From the NCBI GenBank assembly GCA_963717935.1, contig CAVQXP010000004.1, positions 736,001-800,000 of the forward strand: a DNA stretch of 64,000 bases. The letters run 5' to 3'. How positions within the stretch are numbered: the first letter of the stretch is position 1; every line of letters begins with the position of its first letter. Positions 11,001-21,963 of the stretch are shown here, piece by piece. The translations under genes were made by a program, and so were the position numbers. The notes beneath the pieces are model-generated. The model was not told where the DNA came from, did no database searches, and was given only the letters and a program-made list of their open reading frames with translations. The DNA comes from Candidatus Eiseniibacteriota bacterium (GTDB lineage: Bacteria > Eisenbacteria > RBG-16-71-46).

Positions 11001-11193
11001 CTGGCTCGAGGGCTGGAGCCTGTGCCTTGCGGAGATGAACTTCCTGCGCACCGGCTACCACAGCGAGGGCCTGCTGGACGTGCACCTCGTCACCGACGAA
11101 GACCTCGTGCGGCAGACCAGCTACGCGGCCAAGATCGGGGCCATCACGGACGCCGCGCGTCCGCTCATGCTGGGAGGCCCGGCGGCGGGATGA
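8014..11193 (+). CDS. PPDK_N-family protein with N-terminal GAF-like domain and C-terminal nucleotidyltransferase domain
   Basis: ATGA overlap; N-terminal ERAKELNCLY...QYP...GPFLKEE segment; GGKASGL, IVRSSSLLED, FSGKY, IQEVVG, GLGTRAV, DIEFA and LLQCRP; SFGTHFFQ; C-terminal YVFGSTKN..GPGSDIDVII. Confidence 0.85.
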   Translation: MTEQGPMDEILKALQERAKELNCLYRIDEIVHDVERPVEDLLRAVAEALPQGVQYPAHCVARCVLRDLDVRGADFVETPWKLSAPIVISNRRVGELCIYYTQQMPRADEGPFLKEERRLIDAAADRVARAVQHRELTEVFGRTQIGHSAVDAVLRQDWSIILDLLRRTDQNLYNQVARKMLNHLSWSGIEEAKELLLSIAGPEEAWEPGDENRPTRRNAPKDFEVISAETFEIAAAHLSEQELLSSIQTWIKEDRLNFLVLALESSNTSLPEIANALERYHHTGLDVRELSPAMHLGLKVSLIRRLLTDNLEFINTCRPWVEIDDFVDLVSHTILLPHSHGRVGGKASGLLLARHVLRRSPEHRELLDGVKVPRTWYVPSDGLLQFLAYNNLDDVYNWKYRDLDEIRQEYPHMLQVFKSSRFPAEFVQGLSTALDDLGDRPLIVRSSSLLEDRAGAAFSGKYKSLFLANQGRKADRLAALLDAIAEVYGSVFGPDPLQYRAERGLLEHHEEMGIMIQEVVGMRVGRYFLPSFAGVGFSNNELRWSPRIRRDDGLLRLVPGLGTRAVDRLADDYPILVAPGQPGLRVNVTPEEVCRYSPRKVDVINLETNSFETVDRHTLLKEVGGHLPRLAQIVSLYEHDMLRRPGGLDLRFNEDNLIFTFEGLLTNTDFVPRMQAVLKVLREAQGVPVDIEFASNGDELYLLQCRPQSHAPDTAPAPIPRDLPQERVLFSANRYVSNGAVPDITHIVYVDPDGYSRLGDLNELRDVSRAVSSLNKILPKRQFVLMGPGRWGSRGDVKLGVSVTYSDINNTAMLIEVARKKGNYVPDLSFGTHFFQDLIESGIRYLPLYPDDPGVAFNEPFFRKSENVLARLLPDLAYLADTVRVIDVPEAAGGQVLRVLMNADLEEAVGVLAPPGVAVVTSAALPSPTARPAEDHWRWRLRMAQKVAADLDPARFGVHAFYVFGSTKNASAGPGSDIDVIIHFRGTPEQRRELELWLEGWSLCLAEMNFLRTGYHSEGLLDVHLVTDEDLVRQTSYAAKIGAITDAARPLMLGGPAAG

Positions 11194-12043
11194 GCGCGCG
11201 GGTCGCCTGCCCGGGCGACTCGAGATCGAAGCGCACCAGCGCCAGCTCGGGGCCGTCGTGGGCGGCCGAGAGACAGTGCGTGCGCCCGAGGCGGTCGCGC
11301 CAATCGCCGGTGAGCCGCGCTGACTCGTGCACGTGGCCGTGGAGCGAGAGCAGCGGCTGGCGCGCCTCGAGGAAGCGTCGGACGGCGATGCTCCCCACGT
11401 GCGGGTCGAGCGGGACGTGGTCCACGGTCTGGCCGTCGAGCGCCGCGCGGTCGAGCCGCGTGTCGTAGGGCGGCGCGTGGAAGAGGAAGACCCCCCGGGC
11501 GAGGTCCCCGGCGCCGGCGAGCCGCTCGAGGTCTTCGCGGATCGTGGCGTTGCGTGCCTCGCCCTCGTGCAGCGGGACCGTGCGCCAGCCCTCCTCGGGT
11601 GAGGTGCAGCCGGGGTCCACGTGGCGCGAGACGTCGTAGCGCTCCCAGTCCTTGAGCGCGAAGGGCGTGGGGGGCACGCAGGCGTAGCCGAAGACCGTCC
11701 AGTCGCCGAACGGGATGCGCCGCCCGTGCGCGTATTCCCAGACGCCCGTCGCGGCGGCCTCGATCACGCTCTCCTCCTCGGCGCGCCCGTCGTCGTTGCC
11801 GAGGATGAGGAAGACCCGCGGTGCCGCGGCGCCGAGGTCCTCGCGCACGCGCGTGAAGCCGGGTGCGAGGACCTCCCGCACGAAGTCGCCGTCCGCGGCG
11901 CCGACCGCCGCGGCGAGGCCGGAGGGTAGGAGGTCTCCGCCCAGGAACACGGCGGCCGGACGTTCGGCGCGGATCACCGTGAACAGCGCCGCGTAACGCC
12001 CGGCCGCGCCGTGCAGGTCGGCGACGAAGAGGCAGCGGGTCAT
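11165..12043 (-). CDS. Metallophosphoesterase (Icc-like)
   Basis: ADLHG, GGDL, LGNDD, FHAPP and LHGHVHE calcineurin-like motifs; the 3' end overlaps the convergent gene by 29 bp. Confidence 0.9.
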   Translation of the reverse strand: MTRCLFVADLHGAAGRYAALFTVIRAERPAAVFLGGDLLPSGLAAAVGAADGDFVREVLAPGFTRVREDLGAAAPRVFLILGNDDGRAEEESVIEAAATGVWEYAHGRRIPFGDWTVFGYACVPPTPFALKDWERYDVSRHVDPGCTSPEEGWRTVPLHEGEARNATIREDLERLAGAGDLARGVFLFHAPPYDTRLDRAALDGQTVDHVPLDPHVGSIAVRRFLEARQPLLSLHGHVHESARLTGDWRDRLGRTHCLSAAHDGPELALVRFDLESPGQATRALIPPPGLPA

Positions 12044-12055
12044 GAAAAGTCCGGG

Positions 12056-14124
<2,069 letters not shown>

Positions 14125-14128
<4 letters not shown>

Positions 14129-14704
14129 GATCCAGCCTCCTCGAGCACGCCGACGTAGGGCAGGTTCCGGTACCGCTCGACGTCGTCCATCCCATAGCCG
14201 ACCACGAACTCCTTGCCGATCTTCCAGCCCGAGTAGTCCACGGGTACCTGGATCCTGCGGCAAGGCACCTTGTCGAGCAAGGTCGCGACCCGCAGGCTCG
14301 CGGGGCGCCGCCGCTTCAGCACGTCGAGCAGGAACGATACGCTCAGGCCGGAGTCCACCACGCCCTCGCAGAGCACCACGTGGCGGTCCGCGACGTCCTC
14401 GCGCAGGTCCATCAGCAGGCGCACGTTGCCGCTCGACGTCTTTCCGGCGCCGTAGGACGAGACCGAGACGAAGTCGAGGTCCAGGTCGATGGGCGTGGCG
14501 CGCGCCAGGTCGCACTGGAACATGCAGGCGCCCTTCAGCACCCCGACGAACAGCGGACGTTTGTCCTCGTAGTCGCGCGCCAGCTCCAGTCCGAGCTCGC
14601 GCAGGCGCCGGGCGATCTGCTCGGCGCGTGAACATGACCCGCATGACGGGACCCGTACCCGGGACGATGGCTTCGGCGTGGTCGGCTGGCTGGCTCTCAG
14701 TCAT
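14125..14704 (-). CDS. hpt: Hypoxanthine phosphoribosyltransferase (one apparent frameshift near 14625)
   Basis: VGVLKGA, VSSYG, LLDK and FVVGYGMD..ERYRNLPY motifs; sits between tilS and ftsH; removing one base near 14625 joins MRVMFT to AEQIARRLRELG. Confidence 0.9.
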
Positions 14705-16158
14705 GGCGCTCCGCGTGGACCCAGAGGGCCCTCCGGGTGCCGGCGGTCACCGGCGCGCGCGCCGCGCGGCGCACGCCCACCACCCAGAGGATCCCCCCGG
14801 CGTCGGCTAGGACCGTGGGGTACTTGCGAATGTCGTTCGAGACTCTCTGCTTGCTCAAAAACCGTCCGAGGTGCGCCGCGCGGGTCCGTCCGAATGGTAC
14901 GAACCGTTCGTCGGCCCGTGCCCGCCGCACCACCAGCGGCCCAGCGAGGTCATCGGCGGCGAAGAACTCGCCCGTGCCGGAGCCCGTTGCCATGCGCCGC
15001 CGCGCCACCGCTCCGGTGGTCCAGCGCGCCGCGAGGCGCGCCCCCTCCCACTCGAGCCGGCCCGGAAGCCGGAGACGCGCCTGCGCGAGGCGCCGCTTCG
15101 GAGCCCCGCTGCGGAGGCGGATGACGTCCCGGTCGCGCTCTGCCGACCAGCCCCCGGGAAGGTGGATAATGGCTCCCCCGCGCGCCCTGTCAATCAGCCC
15201 GTCGAGCGCGGCCAGATGCCGGCGCGTCAGGCCGGTCGCGTGCGGCCCTGTCCGCTGCCACAATCCGGCCGAGGACGGTCAGTCTCAACCCGGTGGGAAG
15301 GGTCGCCAGGCGGCGGGCTTCGAGGGTGGCCATCCCGGGTTGGATGCGGCCCGCCCGGCCGAGGACGCGCCCGGCGAGGGCCTCCAGCGCCCGGGCCGCG
15401 ACGAGGGTCCCGGCCGCAGCCCGGGCGGCCCGCCTCGCCAGGAGCGCCCGCCCGCGGGTCGGGTCGAGGCCCGGCAGCAGCGCCCGCGTCAGCGCGGGGA
15501 CCGCCTCGTGGCGCACGCGGCTGCGGGTGTAGCGCGGGTCGCGGTTCGAGCGATCCTCGCGCCAGGTCTGGCCGGCCCGGACCAGGTCGGCCTCGATCTC
15601 GGCCCGCGTGGCGCCGAGGAGCGGCTTGAGCCAGAGCATGCGTTCGCCCGGTCCGTCTCCCGTGGCAAGCGCCGGCCTCATGCCCGGCAGCCCGCTGAGC
15701 CCGGTGCCGCGGGCGAGACGCATGAGCAGCGTCTCGAGTTGGTCGTCGGCCGTGTGGGCCGTGACGATGGCGCATGCCCCCGCGCGCCGCGCGGCGGCAA
15801 GCAGGAACTCCCGCCGCAGCGCGCGCAGGCCGGCCTGGCCGGAGAGCCCACGGCGGCGCAGGCGCGCACGGGTGTCCCAGCGCGCCGCGATGAGCGGCAC
15901 TCCCAGGCGTGCTGCAGAGCCCGTGCACGAATTCGAGGTCCGCGTCGGCCTCGGCCCCGCGCAGGCCATGGTGCAGGTGCGCGGCGTGCAACCGCAGGCC
16001 CAGGACGCAGGACAGGCGGGCCATGCCGATGAGGAGGGCGGTCGAGTCCGCGCCACCGCTCACCGCGACGAGCATGGGTGCCCCGGCGCTCCGGGCCGGC
16101 GCGCCGGGAGCGCACGCAGGGCGCGGCGCAGGACGGGCTCGACCCGGCGCAGGCGCAC
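14697..16158 (-). CDS. tilS: tRNA(Ile)-lysidine synthetase (at least 2 apparent frameshifts; start approximate)
   Basis: VAVSGGADS, AHLHHGLRG, TAHTADDQLETLLMRLARGTG, WREDRSN..YTRSRVRH and C-terminal ILWVVG are spread over three frames (switches near 15915 and 15265). Confidence 0.9.
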
Positions 16159-16176
16159 AGTGGGGCGTGAAGGGTG

Positions 16177-16252
16177 TGGTGGCGGCGCAGGGACTCGAAC
16201 CCCGGACACAGAGATTATGATTCTCCTGCTCTACCAGCTGAGCTACGCCGCC
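16177..16252 (-). tRNA. tRNA with CAT anticodon (elongator Met most likely)
   Basis: GGCGGCGTAGCTCAGCTGGTAGAGCAGGAGAATCATAATCTCTGTGTCCGGGGTTCGAGTCCCTGCGCCGCCACCA: 76-nt cloverleaf with encoded CCA; G1-C72 is paired, so not an initiator. Confidence 0.95.
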
Positions 16253-16291
16253 ATTAAGACGGGGTCTTCCGGGCGGAAGACGAGCGGAGAG

Positions 16292-16320
16292 ACGTTAGGG
16301 TCCGTGCGGCGGGAAGTCAA
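16292..16320 (-). promoter_or_regulatory. sigma70 promoter for tRNA-tilS-hpt-ftsH
   Basis: TTGACT-17 nt-TAACGT, 40 nt upstream of the tRNA. Confidence 0.65.
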
Positions 16321-16376
16321 GGCAGTCGCCGCGCCGCAAGCCGTGCGGGCGCTGCCGGTTCGGTGCTCCGGTTCCC

Positions 16377-17153
16377 CTACCCGCAGTACTCCTTCGGGCC
16401 CTGCTCGAGCATCCAGCGCCACACGGTCCGCATCGTCAGCAGGTCGTCGGCGTTGGAGCCCGCGACTTCCCGCAGGATGCGCTCGCGTTCGGCGGGGTCG
16501 TTGCTCGCCCGCGCCCTCCGGTACTGGACGATGGACCAGGCCGGGCCCGAATCCGGGTTCTGCCGGCGGAAGCCCGCATGGCCGGCCATCCGCCGGATCG
16601 AGCAGGAGTCGGGCGACAGCCGCACGGCGCGCCGCACGCCCCGGGAGAGCAGCTCGAAGAGCGCCTCCTCCAGACGCTCGAGGAAGCCGGCTGGCGTGTC
16701 GCAGGCGGCGGCGTATGCCCGCAGCCAGGCCTTCTCGCGGGACGAGCCGTGCACCCAGCGCGCGTCGGGGAACCCCTCGAGGATCTGGCCAGCGCGCGCG
16801 ACGAAGCGCCCCCACGCCCGCCTGCCGCCACGGTCCTCGAAATCGGCGGTGATGGCTTCGGGCCTGGGCGCGTGCCTGCCGTCGTCCACGGCAAGCCCCC
16901 AGAGGTGGATCGCGCGGTCCGCCTGCCCGCCCTCGTGGCCCCCGTCGAGGGCGAGCCACACGACCGGCCAGGGGGGCAACTGCGGTGGCGAGATCCAGAC
17001 CCGATCCGGTCCGGGCCGCGCGAGCCACGGATGCCGCTCGCGCGCGTCGAGCGGGGGGAACGTGCCGGCCGGGACGCGGCCGCCGGGGGGTGGTTCGGGG
17101 GTCCCTGGTGGTTCGAGCAAAGGCGTGGTGGGATCGGGCGTGGCGCTCATCAT
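16377..17153 (-). CDS. Stand-alone RNase H-like domain protein (resembles the TM0106/RecB-like nuclease C-terminus), degenerate
   Basis: HLWGL, SIRRMAGHAGF, SGPAWSIVQY and ERILREVAGSNADDLLTM resemble the ..SLK.IA...GF / YN.DD..AT motifs of that family. Confidence 0.55.
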   Translation of the reverse strand: MMSATPDPTTPLLEPPGTPEPPPGGRVPAGTFPPLDARERHPWLARPGPDRVWISPPQLPPWPVVWLALDGGHEGGQADRAIHLWGLAVDDGRHAPRPEAITADFEDRGGRRAWGRFVARAGQILEGFPDARWVHGSSREKAWLRAYAAACDTPAGFLERLEEALFELLSRGVRRAVRLSPDSCSIRRMAGHAGFRRQNPDSGPAWSIVQYRRARASNDPAERERILREVAGSNADDLLTMRTVWRWMLEQGPKEYCG

Positions 17154-17509
17154 GAAGGTGCACGATTACCCGGTGGGGCCGGCTCGTCAACCCCACGGCT
17201 CGCGCTCGAAGGCGCGACGCCCCAGGCCCGCGCTGCGGTCCCTGCGCCGCCGGGGACCCGGGTGGATCCCGTTCGTGGCCCATCCTCCCGCGTCCGTCCG
17301 CGACCTTGCCGGATCCGGCCGCCAGGAGGGGCAAGATCCCTCGCACGAGTCCACGCTGTCCCTGATCGTGGCCTCGTCTCCGGCCCGGCGGACCCCCGGG
17401 TCCGTGCCGGGAACCTGCCGCTGGTGGTTGAGGGACTGCCTCGGCAGGAGGGCCGGTAAGGCGAGGTTCGGTACTGCTGCGCCGATTCACATCCGCGGCG
17501 GAGGTGACG

Positions 17510-18313
17510 ATGAAGATGCCCCGGCTTCTCATCGGGCTGATGCTCGCCCTGCTGCTCCTGGCGCCGATCCCGTCCGGAGCGGTGGCGGCGAAGCGACCGG
17601 TCCACGCGGCGCGCGACACCGCGATGGTGCTCATCCCTGCCGGTGAGTTCGTGATGGGCCGCGAGGGGACCGGGGACAACAGCCCGGCGCACGCGGTGCG
17701 CATCCGAGCCTTCAGCCTCGACCGTTGCGAGGTGACGAATGCGGAGTACGCGGCGTTCTGCCAGGCCACCGGCAGATCGCTCCCGTTCTTCTGGGGCCTC
17801 GACCGCTTCCGCTCGGGACCGAAATACCCGGACCACCCGGTGATCGGCGTGAACTCGGGCGATGCGCGGGAGTACGCGGAATGGCGCGGGAAGAGGCTCC
17901 CCACCGAGGCCGAATGGGAGTACGCCGCGCGCGGGGGGCTTGCGGGGATGAGATACGTGAACGGCAACACGCTGGATTCGTCGAAGGTGAACTTCACACG
18001 CTCGCAACGGAACGGCCCGGTTGCGGTCGGCTCCTACGAGTCCAACGGCTATGGGCTCTACGACATGGCGGGCAACGTCCAGGAATGGGTCGCCGACCGG
18101 TACGGCGCCGAGTACTACAAGACCAGTCCGGCCGAAGATCCGCAGGGACCGGAGAAGGGCCGGCTCCGCGTGATCCGCGGCGGTGGCTGGTTCACCGGGC
18201 CGATGTGCATGGACGTGGACATCCGCTACGCGCTGCACTCGAACTGGGTGGACTTCAACGTCGGTTTCCGCTGCGCGAGGGACGCGGAGCCAGGGCCGAC
18301 GCAGCCGAAGTAG
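17510..18313 (+). CDS. Secreted formylglycine-generating enzyme family (SUMF1/FGE-sulfatase domain) protein
   Basis: Signal peptide; IPAGEFVMG, EVTNAEY, HPVIGV, RLPTEAEWEYAARGG, NGYGLYDMAGNVQEW, RGGGW and GFRC; RBS GGAGGT. Confidence 0.92.
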   Translation: MKMPRLLIGLMLALLLLAPIPSGAVAAKRPVHAARDTAMVLIPAGEFVMGREGTGDNSPAHAVRIRAFSLDRCEVTNAEYAAFCQATGRSLPFFWGLDRFRSGPKYPDHPVIGVNSGDAREYAEWRGKRLPTEAEWEYAARGGLAGMRYVNGNTLDSSKVNFTRSQRNGPVAVGSYESNGYGLYDMAGNVQEWVADRYGAEYYKTSPAEDPQGPEKGRLRVIRGGGWFTGPMCMDVDIRYALHSNWVDFNVGFRCARDAEPGPTQPK

Positions 18314-18387
18314 GACCGGCGGGACACGGGCTTCGCCTCATCCGTCCCATCAGCCGGACTGCCGCGCCCGGTCCGATCTGCCTCGCC

Positions 18388-19206
18388 CTACTCGGCCGTC
18401 CCCGCGGCCGCCTCGCCGTCCGCCAGGGGCGCGGACGGTGACACCTCCTCCTCGGGACGCAGGTGGAAGATGCGAGACAGTTCGCTGCGCAGCGCACCAC
18501 TGTCGAGGTGCTGCTTGAGCGTCCCGCGGTAGGCGACCGAGATGCCGCCGCTCTCCTCGCTCACCACGACGATGGCGGCATCGGACTCCTCGGAGAGGCC
18601 CAGGGCCGCGCGATGCCGCGTGCCGAGGGCGAACGCCAGCTTGAGGTCGGACGAGAGCGGCAGGATGCAGGAGGCCGCGACCACCGCGTCCTCGCGCAGG
18701 ATGACCGCGCCGTCGTGGAGCGGCGAGCCGGGCGAGAACAGCGTCACCAGCAGCTCGGCCGTGACCTTGGCGTCCAGCCGCGTGCCGGTCTCGACGAAGT
18801 TCCTCAGGCCGGTGTTGCGTTCGATCACCATGAGCGCCCCCTGGCGCTTCTCGCCCAGGGTCTCGGCCGCTCGCACCACCTCGCCCAGGACGCCGTAGGA
18901 GTCGCCGCGCAGGAACGAGCGGAAGTAGCGCGTGCGCCCGAACTGGGCGAGCACGTGCCGCAGCTCGGGCTGGAAGAGGATGACGAAGGCGATCAGCCAG
19001 ATGGTCTTGACGCTGTCCACGATCCACTTGACCGCGATCAGGTCGAAGGCGCGGGCGAACAGCCCCACGAGCACGATGAGCAGCAGCCCGACGTACATCT
19101 GTCCGGAGCGCGTGCCCTTCACCAGCACGAGGAGCCGGTAGAAGAGCAGCGCGACGAGGAAGATGTCGAGCAGGTCGAGCAGCCAGATCTGGTGAACGGG
19201 CGTCAT
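18388..19206 (-). CDS. cdaA: Diadenylate cyclase CdaA/DacA
   Basis: Three N-terminal TM helices, ILFQPELR, SPLHDGA, GTRHRAALGLSEE and VVSEESG. Confidence 0.95.
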   Translation of the reverse strand: MTPVHQIWLLDLLDIFLVALLFYRLLVLVKGTRSGQMYVGLLLIVLVGLFARAFDLIAVKWIVDSVKTIWLIAFVILFQPELRHVLAQFGRTRYFRSFLRGDSYGVLGEVVRAAETLGEKRQGALMVIERNTGLRNFVETGTRLDAKVTAELLVTLFSPGSPLHDGAVILREDAVVAASCILPLSSDLKLAFALGTRHRAALGLSEESDAAIVVVSEESGGISVAYRGTLKQHLDSGALRSELSRIFHLRPEEEVSPSAPLADGEAAAGTAE

Positions 19207-19264
19207 GGTCGGGTCTCTCGAGTCACGTTCCGGGAGCGAGAGTAGCAGAAGCGCACGGGCGCGC

Positions 19265-20125
19265 CTACGGTCTCCGTGCCTCGCGCAGCGCGTCGGCGAT
19301 GCGCACCGCCCGCACCGTGGCTGCCACGTCGTGCGTGCGCACGATGCGCGCGCCGAGGAACACGGCGACGGCGCTGGCGGCGAGCCCGCCCTCGAGCCGC
19401 TGGTCCACGGGCAGATCGAGGGTCTTCCCGAGGAAGCTCTTGCGCGAGACCCCGATCATCAGGGGGCGGCCGAGGGCTTCCAACTCCTCGAGCCGGGCGA
19501 GCAGCTCGAAGTTGTGCCGCGCGGTCTTGCCGAAGCCGATGCCGGGATCGAGCACGACGCGCTCGGCGGGCACTCCCGCCGCCCGCGCGGCCTCGAGCCG
19601 GGCGGCCAGGCGCTCGCGCACCTCGCGCGCCACGTCCTCGTAGCGCGGATCCCGCTGCATCGTGGCCGGCGTGCCGGCCATGTGCATCAGGACCAGGCCG
19701 GCGCCGCTGCGGGTCACGACCGCGGCCATGCCGGGGTCGGCGAGCGCGGTCACGTCGTTCACGACCCGTGCCCCCAGTTCCAGTGCGCGGTCGGCGACCT
19801 CGGCGTTCGCGGTGTCCACCGCGAGGCAGGCGCGGGGGTCGGCGGCGAGGGCCTCGAGCACGGGTGCCAGCCGCCGGATCTGCTCGGCCGTGGTCACGGG
19901 CGCGGCCCCGGGGCGGGTGCTCTCGGCCCCCAGATCGAGCAGGTCTGCGCCCTCGGCCAGCAACTGGCGGGCGTGGGCGACGGCCGCCCCGGGGGCGAAG
20001 AAGCGCCCGCCGTCCGAGAACGAGTCGGGCGTCACGTTGACCACGCCCATGACGAGCGTGTGCGCGGACAGGTCGAAGACCCGGTCCCGGCAGCGCCAGA
20101 TCAGCCTGGGCCCTTCTGGGGACAT
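19265..20125 (-). CDS. folP: Dihydropteroate synthase
   Basis: MGVVNVTPDSFSDGG, GAESTRPG, LMHM, DPGIGFGK, GVSRKSF and RTHDV. Confidence 0.97.
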   Translation of the reverse strand: MSPEGPRLIWRCRDRVFDLSAHTLVMGVVNVTPDSFSDGGRFFAPGAAVAHARQLLAEGADLLDLGAESTRPGAAPVTTAEQIRRLAPVLEALAADPRACLAVDTANAEVADRALELGARVVNDVTALADPGMAAVVTRSGAGLVLMHMAGTPATMQRDPRYEDVAREVRERLAARLEAARAAGVPAERVVLDPGIGFGKTARHNFELLARLEELEALGRPLMIGVSRKSFLGKTLDLPVDQRLEGGLAASAVAVFLGARIVRTHDVAATVRAVRIADALREARRP

Positions 20126-20280
20126 CCTTTCCTCCTCGTCGGGCGGTGTTGCCGGGGGCCGGCCCGTGGCCCCGGCCCGCGTTGACCTGCGGGGGGCCGG
20201 ATGGTAGCACTTACCGGACTCTGTCCGGGCGTTTTCGACCCGGGCTGATGCTGTCCGTCCCTTCGAGGAGGTCGTACCTC

Positions 20281-21763
20281 ATGAGTGGGTCCAAGCGCGC
20301 GCTCCTTGTCATCGTCTTCGCGGCCCTGTGCGCCGCCCCGGCCACCGCCCAGATCGTCGGGCACCCGTTCGAGTTCTCGGGCGGAGCGGGCTACTTCCAC
20401 TACGACGCGCGCGCCCGGATGACGGACGGCCCGGCCTACACGGGCTCGCTCGGCTGGCGGGCCATGCCGTGGCTGTCTCTGGAGGGGCAGGCGACCTTCG
20501 GGCCGACGACGGCGGACTCGGTCTCCTACGACCTCAAGCACAACTTCTCCTACGCGGGCCTCGACGCCCGCTGGGACCTGCGCCCGGCGGACGGGCGCAT
20601 CGTGCCCTTCCTCCTGACGGGGTGCGGCTATGGCCTGAGCCACACCACGAGCGCGCTGCCGGAGAAACTCGACCGTGGCGCGGGCAACGTGGGCCTGGGC
20701 GTGCTGTGGACGCTGGGCGCCTCGCAGCGGACGTTCCTGCGGCTGCAGGTGCGCGACTACTTCTTCCGCGAGCGTGAGTCCCTGGAGTTCTCGAACCACG
20801 TCGCGGCGACCCTGGGCCTCACGTACGTGTGGCGGCGGCAAGGAACGCGACCAGGACCTCGACGGCGTGCGCAACTGGCTCGACAAGTGCGTGAACACGC
20901 CGATCGGCGCCAGGGTGGACAAGTCCGGCTGCCCGCTGGATGGTGACGGCGACGGGGTCTTCGACGGCCTCGACAAGTGCCCGGACACGCCGAAGGGCTG
21001 CAAGGTGGACAAGACCGGCTGCCAGACGGACGCCGACGGCGACGGCGTGTGCGACGGCCTCGACCAGTGTCCCGACACGCCCAGGGGCGCCACGGTGGAC
21101 GCGAGGGGTTGCCCGAGCGATCCCGATGGCGACGGTGTCCTGGAGGGTCTCGACAAGTGCGCGGACACGCCGGAGGGCTGTGTCGTGGACCAGGACGGCT
21201 GCCCGGTGGACGCGGACGCCGACGGCGTGTGCGACGGCGTGGACCAGTGCGCGAACACCCCGGCCGGGCTCCAGGTGGACGAGAAGGGCTGCCCGATCGA
21301 GGTGGTCGAGCGCGAGACCGAACTGATGGACACCGGGAAGATCCGGCTCCAGAACGTGAACTTCGAGACCGGCAAGGCCGAGTTGAAGCCCGAGTCCTTC
21401 CCCTCGTTGGATGCGGTGGGCACGGTGCTCTCGCAGTGGCCGCAATTGAGGATCGAGATCGCGGGTCACACGGACGACGTGGGTGGCGCGGCGATGAACC
21501 GGCGGCTGTCGCAGGCACGTGCCGCCTCGGTGCTGTCGTACCTCAGCGAGAGGTACCCGGCGATCGACGGCACGCGGTTCACGGTCAGGGGCTACGGCAA
21601 GGACCGGCCCGTGGTGCCGAACACCAGCGACGAGAGCCGGGCGATGAACCGCCGGGTCGAGTTCACCGTGCTCAACAAGGAAATGCTGAAGAAGGAGATC
21701 GAGCGCCGGCGACTGCTGAAGGAAGGCGAGGCCACGCCGGCCGATAGCACCGTGACTCCCTAG
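20281..21763 (+). CDS. OmpA family protein: beta-barrel, thrombospondin type-3 Ca-binding repeats, OmpA C-terminal domain (frameshift near 20833)
   Basis: Signal peptide; five D-x-D-x-DG..D.C..TP repeats; NFETGKAEL, IAGHTD, LSQARA and NRRVEF; removing one base near 20833 joins the two ORFs. Confidence 0.88.
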
Positions 21764-21790
21764 TGGCGGGGAGCTGAAGCTCGAAACGAT

Positions 21791-21825
21791 CGAAGCGGGG
21801 ACGCCCGGTGGGCGTCCCCGCTTCG
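21791..21825 (+). terminator. Hairpin downstream of the ompA-like gene
   Basis: CGAAGCGGGGACGCCC-GGT-GGGCGTCCCCGCTTCG, perfect 16-bp stem. Confidence 0.7.
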
Positions 21826-21915
21826 TCGTGGGCGGCCGCCGCGCGGCCGCGGCCGGATCTCGCGCTGTCGCGACGCCTGAATCGCTCCCCCGCGCGTCGC
21901 AAGGGAAGGGCCTCC

Positions 21916-21943
21916 TTGACTATTATGGGGATATGCCCATAAT
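21916..21943 (+). promoter_or_regulatory. sigma70 promoter overlapped by a 22-bp palindromic operator
   Basis: TTGACT-16 nt-CATAAT; ATTATGGGGATATGCCCATAAT (21922-21943) is a palindrome with one mismatched pair. Confidence 0.75.
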
Positions 21944-21963
21944 GATGGCGGAGGTACTGGAGC

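Noticed and set aside
16177..18313. tRNA-anchored genomic island
   Set aside because: No integrase and no duplicated tRNA 3' end; the accessory genes lie on the 5' side of the tRNA.
20848..21297. Regularly spaced ~99-bp repeats
   Set aside because: They are coding thrombospondin type-3 repeats of the OmpA protein.
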